Source: Candidatus Levybacteria bacterium RIFCSPHIGHO2_02_FULL_40_18 (GTDB lineage: Bacteria; Patescibacteriota; Microgenomatia; Levybacterales; GWA1-39-11). Taken from it: a DNA stretch of 64,000 nt. The translations under genes and the position numbers were made by a program. The stretch spans positions 86,799 through 150,798 of the forward strand of contig MFOC01000007.1 in NCBI GenBank assembly GCA_001782235.1. The letters are read 5' to 3'. The notes below the pieces were generated by a model. The model ran no database searches. It worked only from the letters and a program-made list of their open reading frames with translations, and had not been told where the DNA came from. Shown piece after piece: positions 8,268 to 17,631 of the stretch (positions are counted from its first letter, which is position 1; every line of letters begins with the position of its first letter).

Positions 8268-8543
8268 TTATCTTCCAAATAGTTTTCTAAGCTCCGCTTT
8301 TGCTTGTTCGAGAGTTTGTTTTCTCTCCCGTTTCAAGTTTTTCCCAGCGCGGTTAATATAAAAGTTAAGCATGGACATTGCCGACTGGAATGGGGCTGCT
8401 TTTCTTCTCGTACTTTCTTCGGCCGACCGCTTAAGACTTTCGGCGATCCTTTTGGGGTCGCGCCATGTGAATACTCCTTCCTCAAGGTCAAGCGCAATAC
8501 TGTGCTTTGTAACCTCCCCCGACCAGTACTTTTTTCTTGTCAC
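8268..8543 (-). CDS. DUF3175-family protein
   Basis: ..ALDLEEGVFTWRDPKRIAESLKRSAE..SAMSMLNFYINRAGKNL.. matches the family pattern as I remember it. Confidence 0.65.
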   Translation of the reverse strand: MTRKKYWSGEVTKHSIALDLEEGVFTWRDPKRIAESLKRSAEESTRRKAAPFQSAMSMLNFYINRAGKNLKRERKQTLEQAKAELRKLFGR

Positions 8544-8761
8544 TATTTATTTTACTTCATTTTAAAAGTTTTCGAAGGGAACTATTTCAGTAACAATTTT
8601 ATTTTGATAGATATGCTCATCTTCCATTTTGTTTCGAATTTTCTCAGCGGTTTCTTTTTGGGCGGGCGAATGATAAAAAATAACCGTTCGACTCAGTCAA
8701 GCAATACTTGACTTCGGATAGGAGCAGGCTTAATACTTATTTATAAGGGGGTGAGAAAAAC

Positions 8762-8950
8762 TTGAAACAAAATGATTACATAAGAGTAACCGGAATAATA
8801 TTTCTTGTAATCGCGGTTCTTCATGTTTTAAGAATTTTTACAGGGTTTGATGTAGAAATTAATGATTACGAACTTCCGGTCTGGGTAAGCATTGTAGGCG
8901 CAGCTATTGCCGGATACCTAGCTTACAGCTCGCAAAAACTTAAAAAGTAA
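8762..8950 (+). CDS. Small two-TM membrane protein
   Basis: 62 aa, TTG start preceded by SD AAGGGGGTGA. Confidence 0.45.
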   Translation: MKQNDYIRVTGIIFLVIAVLHVLRIFTGFDVEINDYELPVWVSIVGAAIAGYLAYSSQKLKK

Positions 8951-8961
8951 GTTTCATTAAA

Positions 8962-9999
8962 TTACAGAAGGTTTTGCTGATTTTGTTTTTTCGACAACCT
9001 CGAACCAAGATGTTTATACGCTTCTCCTGTTGCGACGCGGCCGCTTTTTGTCCTTTTGAGAAACCCGATCTGAAGTAGATATGGTTCGACAATCTCTTCA
9101 ATTGTGCCGACGTCTTCTGCTAAAGATGCTGCGATTGTTTCAACTCCAACCGGTCCTCCGCCGTGCTTTTCAATAATGCTTTTAAGATAGCGCTTATCAA
9201 GCGCATCTAATCCTCGCGAATCTACCTCAATTAGCCCAAGTGCTTTTTCGACAAGGTCCAAAGTGATCTCGCCTTTTCCGTGAACCTGCGCATAGTCGCG
9301 GGCGCGTTTTAAAAGTCGAAGAGCGATTCGAGGAGTTCCACGAGCTCTCTTTGCGATTTCAGAAATTGATTTTTTATCGATTTTAACTTTAAGTTTTTTT
9401 GCAGCTTTCACAATAATTTCCTCAAGATCGGAAGGATTATAAAAAACCATCCGATGTACAACACCAAAGCGATCGCGAAGTGGACCTGAGAGCATACCGG
9501 CGCGGGTTGTTGCGCCAACAATCGTGAAGCGTGGCAGATCAAGACGAACAGTCCGAGCTGATGGTCCCTTGCCAAGAACAATATCGAGCGCATATTCTTC
9601 CATCGCTGGATAGAGCGTTTCTTCAACAACTTTATTTAACCTGTGAATTTCGTCTATAAACAGGACGTCTCCGGACTCAAGGTTCGTTAATATAGAAGCA
9701 AGGTCCCCAGCGCGCTCAATTGCGGGGCCTGATGTCACGCGAATATTTGATCCCATTTCTTTTGCAATTAGGTGAGAGAGAGTAGTTTTCCCTAAACCGG
9801 GCGGCCCATATAGTAAAATATGTTCGAGCGCCTCATTTCTTTTTTGAGCAGCATTTATGGCAATTTGAATTGACTTTTTAACAGACTCCTGCCCCACAAA
9901 ATCTCGCCATTCAGAGACCCTAAGAGATGTAAAAATTATTTCTTCTTCAGGTGTTGTTTCTTTCTCAACAATCGAGCCCTTTTGTTTAGATTTGGCCAT
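8962..9999 (-). CDS. ruvB: Holliday junction branch-migration helicase RuvB
   Basis: Walker [14 protein letters not shown], Walker [11 protein letters not shown], ..[18 protein letters not shown].. Confidence 0.95.
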   Translation of the reverse strand: MAKSKQKGSIVEKETTPEEEIIFTSLRVSEWRDFVGQESVKKSIQIAINAAQKRNEALEHILLYGPPGLGKTTLSHLIAKEMGSNIRVTSGPAIERAGDLASILTNLESGDVLFIDEIHRLNKVVEETLYPAMEEYALDIVLGKGPSARTVRLDLPRFTIVGATTRAGMLSGPLRDRFGVVHRMVFYNPSDLEEIIVKAAKKLKVKIDKKSISEIAKRARGTPRIALRLLKRARDYAQVHGKGEITLDLVEKALGLIEVDSRGLDALDKRYLKSIIEKHGGGPVGVETIAASLAEDVGTIEEIVEPYLLQIGFLKRTKSGRVATGEAYKHLGSRLSKKQNQQNLL

Positions 10000-10012
10000 A
10001 TTTAATAAGATA

Positions 10013-10121
10013 TTAGTTGTTAGAAATTAGAAAATGGTTATGGAAATTAGATGTTGGAAATTGGTTTTGGTTCAACTATTTTCCATTTCCCACTTTCTAT
10101 TACTATTTTCTATTCTCTAGT
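10013..10121. repeat. Heptamer-based quasi-palindromic spacer between ruvB and ruvA
   Basis: Purine-rich arm GAAATTA|GAAAATG|GTTATGG|AAATTAG|ATGTTGG|AAATTGG followed by the pyrimidine-rich arm CTATTTTCCATTTCCCACTTTCTATTACTATTTTCTATTCTCTAG. Confidence 0.7.
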
Positions 10122-10123
10122 GG

Positions 10124-10693
10124 CTATTTTCCTAAATATTTAAGTGCTGCCTTTATTTGCTCTTCAACGCTTGTAGCGCGATCAGTATTCCTTATTGCTT
10201 CATTTATTTCTTTTGTAGTAAATCCAAATGCTTTAAGGGCAGATACGAGTTCGTTTCTTTCTCCATTTGAAACTCCTGCCAAATCAAGTTCTCTACCGCC
10301 CACTTTATTTTTAAGTTCGATTATTATTTTTTGTGCATTTTTTGTCCCGAGTCTTGGAATTCCTGAGAAGAAAGTAACGTCAGCATCTATTATTGCCTTA
10401 GTAATTTCATCGCCTGTACCATTTGAAAAAATTGCAATCGCGGTCCTTGGGCCAACTCCCGGAACAGTGATAATTAATTCGAACAATTTAAGATCTGAAT
10501 ATTTTGAAAACCCGTAAAGCTCCAAGACATCCTCTCGAACATGAGTATATATGAATAATTTCAAATTCGAACCAATCGAAATAGAGGAGAGAACATCCGA
10601 GGCCGCATGAGTTTTATATCCAACTCCATTAACATCAATTATTAAATATGGATCATCCCGAATTATTGCAGAACCAGAAAGGTAACCTATCAT
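10124..10693 (-). CDS. ruvA: Holliday junction DNA-binding protein RuvA
   Basis: MIGYLSG.., HhH motifs VPGVGPRTAIAI and IPRLGTKNAQKIIIEL. Confidence 0.9.
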   Translation of the reverse strand: MIGYLSGSAIIRDDPYLIIDVNGVGYKTHAASDVLSSISIGSNLKLFIYTHVREDVLELYGFSKYSDLKLFELIITVPGVGPRTAIAIFSNGTGDEITKAIIDADVTFFSGIPRLGTKNAQKIIIELKNKVGGRELDLAGVSNGERNELVSALKAFGFTTKEINEAIRNTDRATSVEEQIKAALKYLGK

Positions 10694-10729
10694 GAAGCAA
10701 CTCGATTATACCACAGGATTTTTGTATGT

Positions 10730-11215
10730 TTATGCTGAGCGAAGTCGAAGCGAAAATGCGCAGGTAATGGCGCAGGCGAGAGCATCGACTGTATCGTCTG
10801 GTTTTGGTATCGAAGGCAAATTCAAAAGCATTTTTACCATTTTCCCCATCTGATCTTTTTGCGCCCTACCATATCCTGTTATTGCTGTTTTTACCTGGAG
10901 CGGGGTATAGGAAAAAACTTCCAGTCCCAAATCGGCTGCCGTTACTATTACAACTCCTCTTGCTTGCCCAACGATTAATGCTGTCTTTGCGTTCGTATTA
11001 AAAAACAATTCCTCAACCGAAAGCGCTTGAGGTTTGTGTTCTTTGATAATTCGAACAAGCTCCTCGCGAATTATTTGCAAACGACGCTCAATAGGTAAAT
11101 CGGCTCTTGTCTCAATACAACCAAAGCTTTTGGCTGTTAGCTTTTGGCTGTTATCTTTTTCGACGATGCCCCATCCGGTACGGGCAATCCCCGGATCCAC
11201 CCCCAAAATTATCAT
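10730..11215 (-). CDS. ruvC: Holliday junction resolvase RuvC
   Basis: IILGVDPGIARTGWGIV.., ..YTPLQVKTAITGYGRAQKDQ.., DDTVDALACAI. Confidence 0.9.
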   Translation of the reverse strand: MIILGVDPGIARTGWGIVEKDNSQKLTAKSFGCIETRADLPIERRLQIIREELVRIIKEHKPQALSVEELFFNTNAKTALIVGQARGVVIVTAADLGLEVFSYTPLQVKTAITGYGRAQKDQMGKMVKMLLNLPSIPKPDDTVDALACAITCAFSLRLRSA

Positions 11216-11249
11216 ATTGGTTATAAGATTATATACGATTGTAGATTAT

Positions 11250-11690
11250 TTAAAGTGTGTTGATTGTAATTTTTCCGATTTTTTTAGGAAGCCGCCGATC
11301 TAGAGTGATAAAAATGCCCGCACCGGATTCAAGCGCTGAAGCAAGATGAATAGCATCAGGAGTTCGAACACTTGGAAAATTTGCTCTTATCCAGGCGGCT
11401 CGGCGAGCAACGTTTCTGTCAATATCTTTAACCGTGAATAATCCTCCCCCAGTAATAAATTCTTCATAATAACCAATATCTTTTGAAAAATCATCTTTAT
11501 AAAAGTAGACCAAAAATTCCTCAAAAACCAGCGCTGAGATAAAAACCTGGGGGCTTGCCTGCTTAATTTCTTCTAAAATTCTTTGCGCTTTTTCCCCCAG
11601 TGGATTAGGTTTGGTGTATGCGTTGAATGCGGAAATAAATATATTACTATCAAGTGCTAAAATTTGCGAGGGCAAAATTCGATTACTCAT
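11250..11690 (-). CDS. PIN-domain toxin (VapC-like)
   Basis: ILALDSNIFISA.. and ..PDAIHLASALESGAGIFITLD; start moved to the ATG at 11690 (MSNRILPS), giving the typical 8-nt overlap with the antitoxin stop. Confidence 0.75.
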   Translation of the reverse strand: MSNRILPSQILALDSNIFISAFNAYTKPNPLGEKAQRILEEIKQASPQVFISALVFEEFLVYFYKDDFSKDIGYYEEFITGGGLFTVKDIDRNVARRAAWIRANFPSVRTPDAIHLASALESGAGIFITLDRRLPKKIGKITINTL

Positions 11691-11931
11691 CCCATGAACT
11701 TCTTTCTTCTTCAAGATATTTTAGAGGATCTACCCCTTTCCAGGGGTTTTTTAGCTTCTTATAGTAATCCTGGGGCCAGTTGAGTTTTTCTTCAAGGGTA
11801 GGGCGGGTTAATATAATCTGCTCTCCTGCCACGTGAACATTCATCTTCTGGCCGGGTTTAATATTGGCTTTCTTCCGTATCTCTTTTGGAATTACTATTT
11901 GATATTTTGTACTAACAAGTGTTTGATTCAT
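11683..11931 (-). CDS. AbrB/MazE/SpoVT-type antitoxin (VapB-like)
   Basis: TKYQIVIPKEIRKKANIKPGQKMNVHVAGEQIILTRP; start taken at the internal ATG (MNQTLVS). Confidence 0.7.
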   Translation of the reverse strand: MNQTLVSTKYQIVIPKEIRKKANIKPGQKMNVHVAGEQIILTRPTLEEKLNWPQDYYKKLKNPWKGVDPLKYLEEERSSWDE

Positions 11932-12003
11932 AATCGTATTACATTTTACATAATCGTAAAACAAAAGTCAACCCCAAAAATTATCATGCAGACTATTATC
12001 GCA

Positions 12004-12030
12004 ACTAGTGACTAGACACTAGCTACTAGA
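12004..12030. repeat. CTAGTGA-type heptamer array
   Basis: ACTAGTGACTAGACACTAGCTACTAGA; same word family as 17512-17546. Confidence 0.5.
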
Positions 12031-12039
12031 ATTTCTTAC

Positions 12040-12215
12040 GGCCTAAAACCTTCGCCAATTGGAGCGGAGTGCATGAGAAATGAACGAGCGTAGAGGGGGA
12101 CCCCTCACGAACTTGATGAGGAGGGGGAATGGTATCCCCCGCTAGTGAGTGAAATTTCGAAAGCACGAGTACCACTGGCGAGAGCTTTTGGTTCTTTTGT
12201 CGGCACAAAAGAATA
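12040..12215. ncRNA. Candidate structured RNA (unassigned family, strand unresolved)
   Basis: Locally GC-rich island in a divergent intergenic region. Ends pair: TCGCCA 12052-12057 with TGGCGA 12176-12181, GTGC with GCAC. Internal hairpins GAGGG-GGAC-CCCTC and GGGGGA-ATGGTA-TCCCCC with alternative pairings. 9-bp hairpin TTCTTTTGT-CGGC-ACAAAAGAA. No plausible ORF. Confidence 0.3.
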
Positions 12216-12224
12216 AGAGATAAA

Positions 12225-12252
12225 TTGACACTAAAGTATGCTATTGTATAAT
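12225..12252 (+). promoter_or_regulatory. Promoter of 12262..13359, near-leaderless
   Basis: TTGACA-16-TATAAT, 9 nt between the -10 box and the ATG. Confidence 0.55.
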
Positions 12253-12261
12253 ACTGTATAA

Positions 12262-13359
12262 ATGGAAAGACCGATACTTACGATAGCTCAGGCAGCAAAA
12301 TTATTGCAAGTTGATCCGAATACTATTTATCGCTGGGCCAGAGCGGGTAAATTTCCGGCGTCAAAGATCGGAAAAGAGTGGCGAGTACTTCGCTCTGACG
12401 TTATCAAGTTTGTAGAAAGTAAAAAATCGCGAGATCAGTTCCTGACAGAAAATCAAGAGGCTGAGCTTATTACAGCCTTAGTAGGAAGACGCGAAATTCC
12501 ATTAAAGTTCGAATATCTAGGAGAAGGGGCAGATAAATATGTTGCCATATCAGCACCAGAAATTGGGGGAGGTTCTGAAACAGAAATAATTTCAAACTAC
12601 AAAGGCCGTTTTTCAGATTTTTTAAAGAGTAAAAAATTTAACTTAGTGGACATTGGTTCAGGAGACGGGAAAAAAGCAGCGTTTGTTATTTCTCATGTTG
12701 CTAAAACCGTTTCCTCATATTCAGGGCTTGATATTTCAAAGCGGATGCTTGATCTTGCAGGGCAAACGATGCAGATTTCACACCCCGACTTAATGTATGA
12801 GAGATTCATTGAGGATTTTGAACATGGTAGTATTTCTAATGCTACCTATTATCTCAATCGGAGATATCAGAATAATAATTTAATTCTATTCTTAGGTAAT
12901 ACTATTGGAAATGTCTCCGATGCGCATCGTATTCTCATTAATCTTAGAGACGGAATGAGCGATCAGGATCTTTTATTGGTTGGGTTAGCATTCTATAACC
13001 CTCGAAATATTCCGCTTTCGACATATAACAGGAAGGTTGTCATCGATATGTTTTGGACTATTCCTGAAAAAATAGGCATAGAACGGGGAGATGCAAAAAT
13101 ATCGTGGATTTATAATGAGCATTTAAGGCAGGTAGAGTGCCAGCTTGAATTTGTACGCGGTTGGAGCAAGATTTTCGGGGGAAATCTGATTCGGTTTGGT
13201 AAAGGACAAAAGATAAGACTCGCCATCTCAAGAAGATTTACTAAAGATAATATTTTTGAACTTTTTGCCAAAGCTGGTTTTAAAATTGAGATCTTTGTTC
13301 ATGATAAAGATAATGCTTTAGTTTTATGCCGACCTCATGACTGGGAGAAAAGAATCTAA
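12262..13359 (+). CDS. Fusion: excisionase/MerR-type HTH + EgtD-like (histidine N-alpha-methyltransferase family) SAM methyltransferase
   Basis: N-term LTIAQAAKLLQVDPNTIYRWARAGKFPASKIGKEWRV; C-term LVDIGSGDGKK, YSGLDISKRML, LILFLGNTIGN, LLLVGL, ..FTKDNIFELFAKAGFKIE, colinear with EgtD-type enzymes. Confidence 0.6.
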   Translation: MERPILTIAQAAKLLQVDPNTIYRWARAGKFPASKIGKEWRVLRSDVIKFVESKKSRDQFLTENQEAELITALVGRREIPLKFEYLGEGADKYVAISAPEIGGGSETEIISNYKGRFSDFLKSKKFNLVDIGSGDGKKAAFVISHVAKTVSSYSGLDISKRMLDLAGQTMQISHPDLMYERFIEDFEHGSISNATYYLNRRYQNNNLILFLGNTIGNVSDAHRILINLRDGMSDQDLLLVGLAFYNPRNIPLSTYNRKVVIDMFWTIPEKIGIERGDAKISWIYNEHLRQVECQLEFVRGWSKIFGGNLIRFGKGQKIRLAISRRFTKDNIFELFAKAGFKIEIFVHDKDNALVLCRPHDWEKRI

Positions 13360-13988
13360 TCTGTTAGTTCGGCGAGGGAGTGGATTGTTTTTATCTTAGG
13401 ATCTGATTCGTCTGATTTCCTATTGATCCAAATAACGTCTACGAATTTTTGAAGAACCTCTACAACATCGTGTTTGTTATCTATGAACGTTGCCTCGCGA
13501 GGCAACAGTTCTATTGCCTCATCCGAAAGTTTTCTTTTGTGTATAAAAATATATTCGGGAGAAAAGTAGTCTCGTAATTCTGCCGCGTCAAGCTTTCTAT
13601 TTTGCAAATCGCGATTTCCCTGAGAAAAAATTCCAAGAATTTTTTCTCCTTTTAGTTTTTCCAGAACTTCCCGAGCCTCAGGGTAGAGTGAATTTTTATA
13701 TATATCGGTATCCTCCCAAAAAACCCGATCAAGAGGCGCCACATCTTTTCCGAATCTATCTGAAAGGTAGGCTGTTATCCCACGCGGATCAAAGTCGGTT
13801 CTTTCTGAAAGTTTCGAATAATAATCCGCATTTGCACTAATTAATTCTTCTTCAGAAATCCCCAAGATTTTTACAAATTTTGTGCGAATTAGCTTGCCGA
13901 ATTTTTCAGGATCAAAAATGACGCCATCTATGTCAAACAAAATTAACCCCGTTACAAGTTCGTTCCTAGAAGCGTAGGAGCTATCCAT
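13356..13988 (-). CDS. HAD-superfamily hydrolase
   Basis: Motif I LFDIDGVIFD; motif ..GIFSQGN..; 210 aa. Confidence 0.7.
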   Translation of the reverse strand: MDSSYASRNELVTGLILFDIDGVIFDPEKFGKLIRTKFVKILGISEEELISANADYYSKLSERTDFDPRGITAYLSDRFGKDVAPLDRVFWEDTDIYKNSLYPEAREVLEKLKGEKILGIFSQGNRDLQNRKLDAAELRDYFSPEYIFIHKRKLSDEAIELLPREATFIDNKHDVVEVLQKFVDVIWINRKSDESDPKIKTIHSLAELTD

Positions 13989-14124
13989 GGCTATATACTA
14001 TTAAAATATATTACAAACAATAAGCATATTTGTAACGGGGTTAAATTATGCATCCGAATTCATTATACTATAAGGGGAGAAGATTGCTTTAAGACGGCAA
14101 ATTATTTATAATAAACACTATAAG

Positions 14125-15102
14125 ATGAAAAGTTCTGTACTTTCCTTTTTTACGCAGAATCAAATATTAACCGCGCTTCTTATTATAGGCATAGGATGGA
14201 TAATTATTGAAATTCGAGGAGTTTTAATAGCTCTCTTTGTTTCATATATTCTTATGGCAGCAATCGCCCCTTATTCTGAGGCTTTAAAGCGTGCGAAAGC
14301 CCCTAGCGCGCTTGCGGTAATTATTCCATATTTTGTAGCCGTTATCTTTCTTATCCTAATTTTGGTTTCTCTTGTTCCGTTCCTTGTTTCGCAAGTTCAG
14401 GTTTTGCTATCGCGCTTTCCATCTTATCTTAACTCTGACGTAAGAGTGCTCGGCGTTCCACTTGGAGCAATAAAATTAGATGAGATTGCTACAAAAGAAT
14501 TTAGCAATATTGGACAAAACGCCATAGCCTTCACAAGCCAGATTCTAGGTGGAATTATATCTGCTATCAGCATATTTGCTGTATCTTTTTATCTTCTCCT
14601 TTATAGAAATACAGTGAGAGAGAATTTTGTTTCACTTTTCTCAAAGTCTTCCCAGAATAAGGTGCGAAAAATTACTTTGCTAATTGAAGAGAGGCTAGGG
14701 GGGTGGCTCCGGGGGCAACTAGTTTTGTCAGGTTTTATTGGTGTTATAACTTGGGTTGTTTTGACAATTCTTGGAATTGAATTTGCATTACCTCTTGCTG
14801 TAATTGCGGGACTACTTGAGATTGTTCCTACAATTGGACCAATAATTGCAGCTATTCCTGCAATAATAGTTGCCTTAAACATCTCTTTTCCAATGGCTAT
14901 TGTCGTTGGCGTTGCTTACTTTTTAATACAGCTTTTAGAGAATAATATTTTGGTCCCAAGAATAATGCAAAGAGCAGTCGGACTTAATCCAATTGTTATA
15001 ATCATAGGAATTATAATTGGAGGAAAACTTCTTGGTATAGCGGGTGCTCTTCTTGCGATTCCCTTTATATCGCTTCTTGTCGTTGTTTATAGAAAAATCT
15101 AA
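14125..15102 (+). CDS. AI-2E family transporter (PerM/UPF0118)
   Basis: 325 aa polytopic; GLLEIVPTIGPIIAAIPAIIVAL and QLLENNILVPRIM signatures. Confidence 0.75.
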   Translation: MKSSVLSFFTQNQILTALLIIGIGWIIIEIRGVLIALFVSYILMAAIAPYSEALKRAKAPSALAVIIPYFVAVIFLILILVSLVPFLVSQVQVLLSRFPSYLNSDVRVLGVPLGAIKLDEIATKEFSNIGQNAIAFTSQILGGIISAISIFAVSFYLLLYRNTVRENFVSLFSKSSQNKVRKITLLIEERLGGWLRGQLVLSGFIGVITWVVLTILGIEFALPLAVIAGLLEIVPTIGPIIAAIPAIIVALNISFPMAIVVGVAYFLIQLLENNILVPRIMQRAVGLNPIVIIIGIIIGGKLLGIAGALLAIPFISLLVVVYRKI

Positions 15103-17492
15103 CGAGGGGAGTTTGAAATTATAAATAGTAAGAAGATTGCTCCAAAAACAAAAGCCAGGGGCAAGAAAGCAAGACTCCCGGACATTTTTTCCGTTCTAAT
15201 TGTTGGAAAATTTAAAAATTTATCTTTATGAAGAAAAACTCTTGCAAAATAGGACGGGGCGTAGGTCAAAATTCCCAGTAGCAATCCATTTCTGTATCTC
15301 CTCCCTGAAACAAATACCAGAAAATTTATATCTACCAAAACCTTCCCGATCTCTCTTAATCTTTTTGCCAAGTCTATATCTTCACCTAGGGTTAGGGCAG
15401 TATTAAAACCTCCTATTTTTAAAAACGCAGATCTACGAACCGCCATATTAAAACCATTAAGATTCCATCCGCCCGAAAGAATTTTATCCAAAACCCAAAA
15501 TGCTTTAAAGAAGTATCTTCCTGCTGCTCGTGCCGTAACCGGTCCTGAATAGAGATTAGATAATCCACCAAACGCAGTAAGAGATTTATCGCGATCAAAT
15601 TCGGAGACTATTCTTGCAAGCCAATTCTCGGGAACTATTGTGTCTGAATCCGTTGATGCAATAATTTCTCCTTTTGCCTCAAAAAAGCCTGCTTGTCTTG
15701 CCTGTGCTACTCCCTTTTGTTTTTCAAGTATCACACGAGCTCCATATTTTTGTGCAATCTCAGAGGTTTTATCTTGCGAATTATTATCAACAACTATCAG
15801 TTCAAAATTCTTGTATGTTTGATTAACAAGACTCTTAAGAGTTGCGGGAATAAATTGCTCTTCATTGTATGCCGGAATAACAACAGTAACGCGAGGATTT
15901 GAAGGATTTATATGTTTCTGTTCCCTAAGACCTATATAAAATTGGGGAGGAATTTTCTTTTGAAATCTTGTAAATAAATAAGACATAAAGCCAAAAAGGG
16001 CGAGGAGCAATATGAGATTTGGCAGTGACCAATAGTCTTTTATATTAAGGTGCGAAGTGTTAATAAGAGCCCATGCCTCATCTACTATCCACCCAATCCC
16101 TGCTCCTACCAATACTACAGAGGCAAGTCCGATTCTTTTACTTTTAATAAACCCTGAAAGGACGAGGAGGAGGAAAGCAAGAGCAACTTGCGAATGATAA
16201 AACTCAATGCCTCCTATCATAAACTTGGGATAAAGGGATGAAGGGAACAAAAAAATTAAAAGTCTTGTTAAGAGAATGGTTATCAAAAACGACAGAAAAC
16301 CAACATAAAGTTGTTCTCCTCGTTCATTACGGCTCATTATTCTAAAAATGCTCTCCTTGTTATATTTATCTAAAAGACCGTAGTAAATAGACTCAAGTGC
16401 GTCAACGGTTTTGCCTACAGAAAAGCTTTCGGATAATTCTACAGCTTTCTCTGAAAGGCTCTTTCTAAGTTCTTTGTTTTCAAGAATTGATAAAATTTTA
16501 AGAGCAAATTCCCGTTTATCTTTGGGGACTAAAAATCCATTTTCGCCGTTTTTAATACACTCAAAAGCAGGATCATCAATTGCTACTACGGGGACTCCGG
16601 ATGCCAAAGCCTCAGGGACCACCATACCTTGGGTCTCGGTAGTTGAAGAGAATACAAAAACATCAGCGTCTTTATAAACATTTGGCATCTCGTCATTTTT
16701 TACTTCTCCTAAAAAATGTGTTTTTTTAGATACCCCAAGTCTTCTTGAGAGAGACTCCAATTTCCTTTTCTCCGGCCCGTCTCCTATTATGACAAGCTGG
16801 GATGCGCGGTTATCTTTGAGCACAAGCGCGAAGCTTCTGATTATAAAATCAACCGATTTTTCTTTCCCAAGCCTTCCGACAAAAAGAAGAATAGGATCTT
16901 TTTTAATTCCTGTGATCTTTCTTAATAAACCGCTTTTGGCATTGTAGAATTTTTCTACATCAATACCACTTGGAATAACGGTTATTGGTTTTTTAACCCC
17001 ATATGATTTAAGTTCTGCAAGAACTCGCTCTGCCGGAGCAATTAAATGATCAATCCTATTCCCAAATATTTTTGTAGCGCGTTCAATCATTTTGGGCGTG
17101 ACTTTCCCTTTCAAAAAGTAGTGAGTATATCTATTCCAAAGAGTATGATAAGTAACAACAAAGGGAATGCCTTTGAGTCTTGCTGTTTCCCATCCAATGA
17201 GCGTTATCGTTCCTCCTCCATGACCATGGATAATATCAAAGTCCATTCCAAGAACTCTCCTTAAAGATTTGTCAGGAAGATGAAGCGCCATCCGAATTTC
17301 CGGCCGTGAAAGAACTTTGAGCGAAGTGAGTCTAACAACATTGAGATCAGAATCTACATACCCCGGGTATTTTGGCGCAACAATAATAACTTCGTGCCCG
17401 CGCCGCTCAAGTTCTTTTGCTGACTCAAAAACGCTCGTCGCAACACCATTAGGCTGTGGCAAAAATCCGTCAGTAAAGAAGCCAATCCTCAT
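15099..17492 (-). CDS. Bifunctional membrane glycosyltransferase (N-terminal GT4/GT1 + TM block + C-terminal GT2)
   Basis: MRIGFFTDGFLPQPNGVATSV.., ..ETQGMVVPEALASGVPVVA.. (GT4); VTVVIPAYNEEQFI.., ..STDSDT.. (GT2); central hydrophobic region. Confidence 0.75.
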   Translation of the reverse strand: MRIGFFTDGFLPQPNGVATSVFESAKELERRGHEVIIVAPKYPGYVDSDLNVVRLTSLKVLSRPEIRMALHLPDKSLRRVLGMDFDIIHGHGGGTITLIGWETARLKGIPFVVTYHTLWNRYTHYFLKGKVTPKMIERATKIFGNRIDHLIAPAERVLAELKSYGVKKPITVIPSGIDVEKFYNAKSGLLRKITGIKKDPILLFVGRLGKEKSVDFIIRSFALVLKDNRASQLVIIGDGPEKRKLESLSRRLGVSKKTHFLGEVKNDEMPNVYKDADVFVFSSTTETQGMVVPEALASGVPVVAIDDPAFECIKNGENGFLVPKDKREFALKILSILENKELRKSLSEKAVELSESFSVGKTVDALESIYYGLLDKYNKESIFRIMSRNERGEQLYVGFLSFLITILLTRLLIFLFPSSLYPKFMIGGIEFYHSQVALAFLLLVLSGFIKSKRIGLASVVLVGAGIGWIVDEAWALINTSHLNIKDYWSLPNLILLLALFGFMSYLFTRFQKKIPPQFYIGLREQKHINPSNPRVTVVIPAYNEEQFIPATLKSLVNQTYKNFELIVVDNNSQDKTSEIAQKYGARVILEKQKGVAQARQAGFFEAKGEIIASTDSDTIVPENWLARIVSEFDRDKSLTAFGGLSNLYSGPVTARAAGRYFFKAFWVLDKILSGGWNLNGFNMAVRRSAFLKIGGFNTALTLGEDIDLAKRLREIGKVLVDINFLVFVSGRRYRNGLLLGILTYAPSYFARVFLHKDKFLNFPTIRTEKMSGSLAFLPLAFVFGAIFLLFIISNSPR

Positions 17493-17511
17493 ATGATTGT
17501 ATTATAGACAA

Positions 17512-17546
17512 CCTAGTGACTAGTTACTAGCCACTAGTGACTAGTT
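17512..17546. repeat. CTAGTGA heptamer array upstream of dnaA
   Basis: CTAGTGA|CTAGTTA|CTAGCCA|CTAGTGA|CTAGTTT. Confidence 0.6.
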
Positions 17547-17553
17547 TGATGTC

Positions 17554-17583
17554 TTGACAAAAAGTTATCCACATCTTTATACT
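17554..17583 (+). promoter_or_regulatory. dnaA promoter with a consensus DnaA box in the spacer
   Basis: TTGACA(17554-17559), TTATCCACA (17565-17573, perfect DnaA box), TATACT (17578-17583). Confidence 0.6.
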
Positions 17584-17631
17584 CAAACCCCGCGAGAATT
17601 ATTTCGCATCTTTGGGGCAACCCTATTTTTT

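Noticed and set aside
10017-10517. 166-aa plus-strand ORF starting [25 protein letters not shown]
   Set aside because: It initiates inside the heptamer-repeat spacer and then runs antisense through ruvA, which has unambiguous RuvA motifs. The low-complexity N-terminus is just repeat words read in frame.
12165-12185. T-box riboswitch: the minus strand reads CCAGTGGTACTCGTG, similar to the GGGTGGTACCGCG T-box sequence
   Set aside because: The motif would lie at the 5' end rather than the 3' antiterminator end of a minus-strand leader. The downstream minus-strand genes are a VapBC pair, not an aminoacyl-tRNA synthetase or amino-acid gene. No specifier loop or AGAGA features were seen.
12040-12215. 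Assigning the structured island to SRP RNA, 6S RNA or RNase P RNA
   Set aside because: I could not find the GGAA/AGCA helix-8 signature of SRP RNA or the GAGGAAAGUCC-type RNase P motifs. 6S RNA cannot be judged by eye. It is left as an unassigned candidate.
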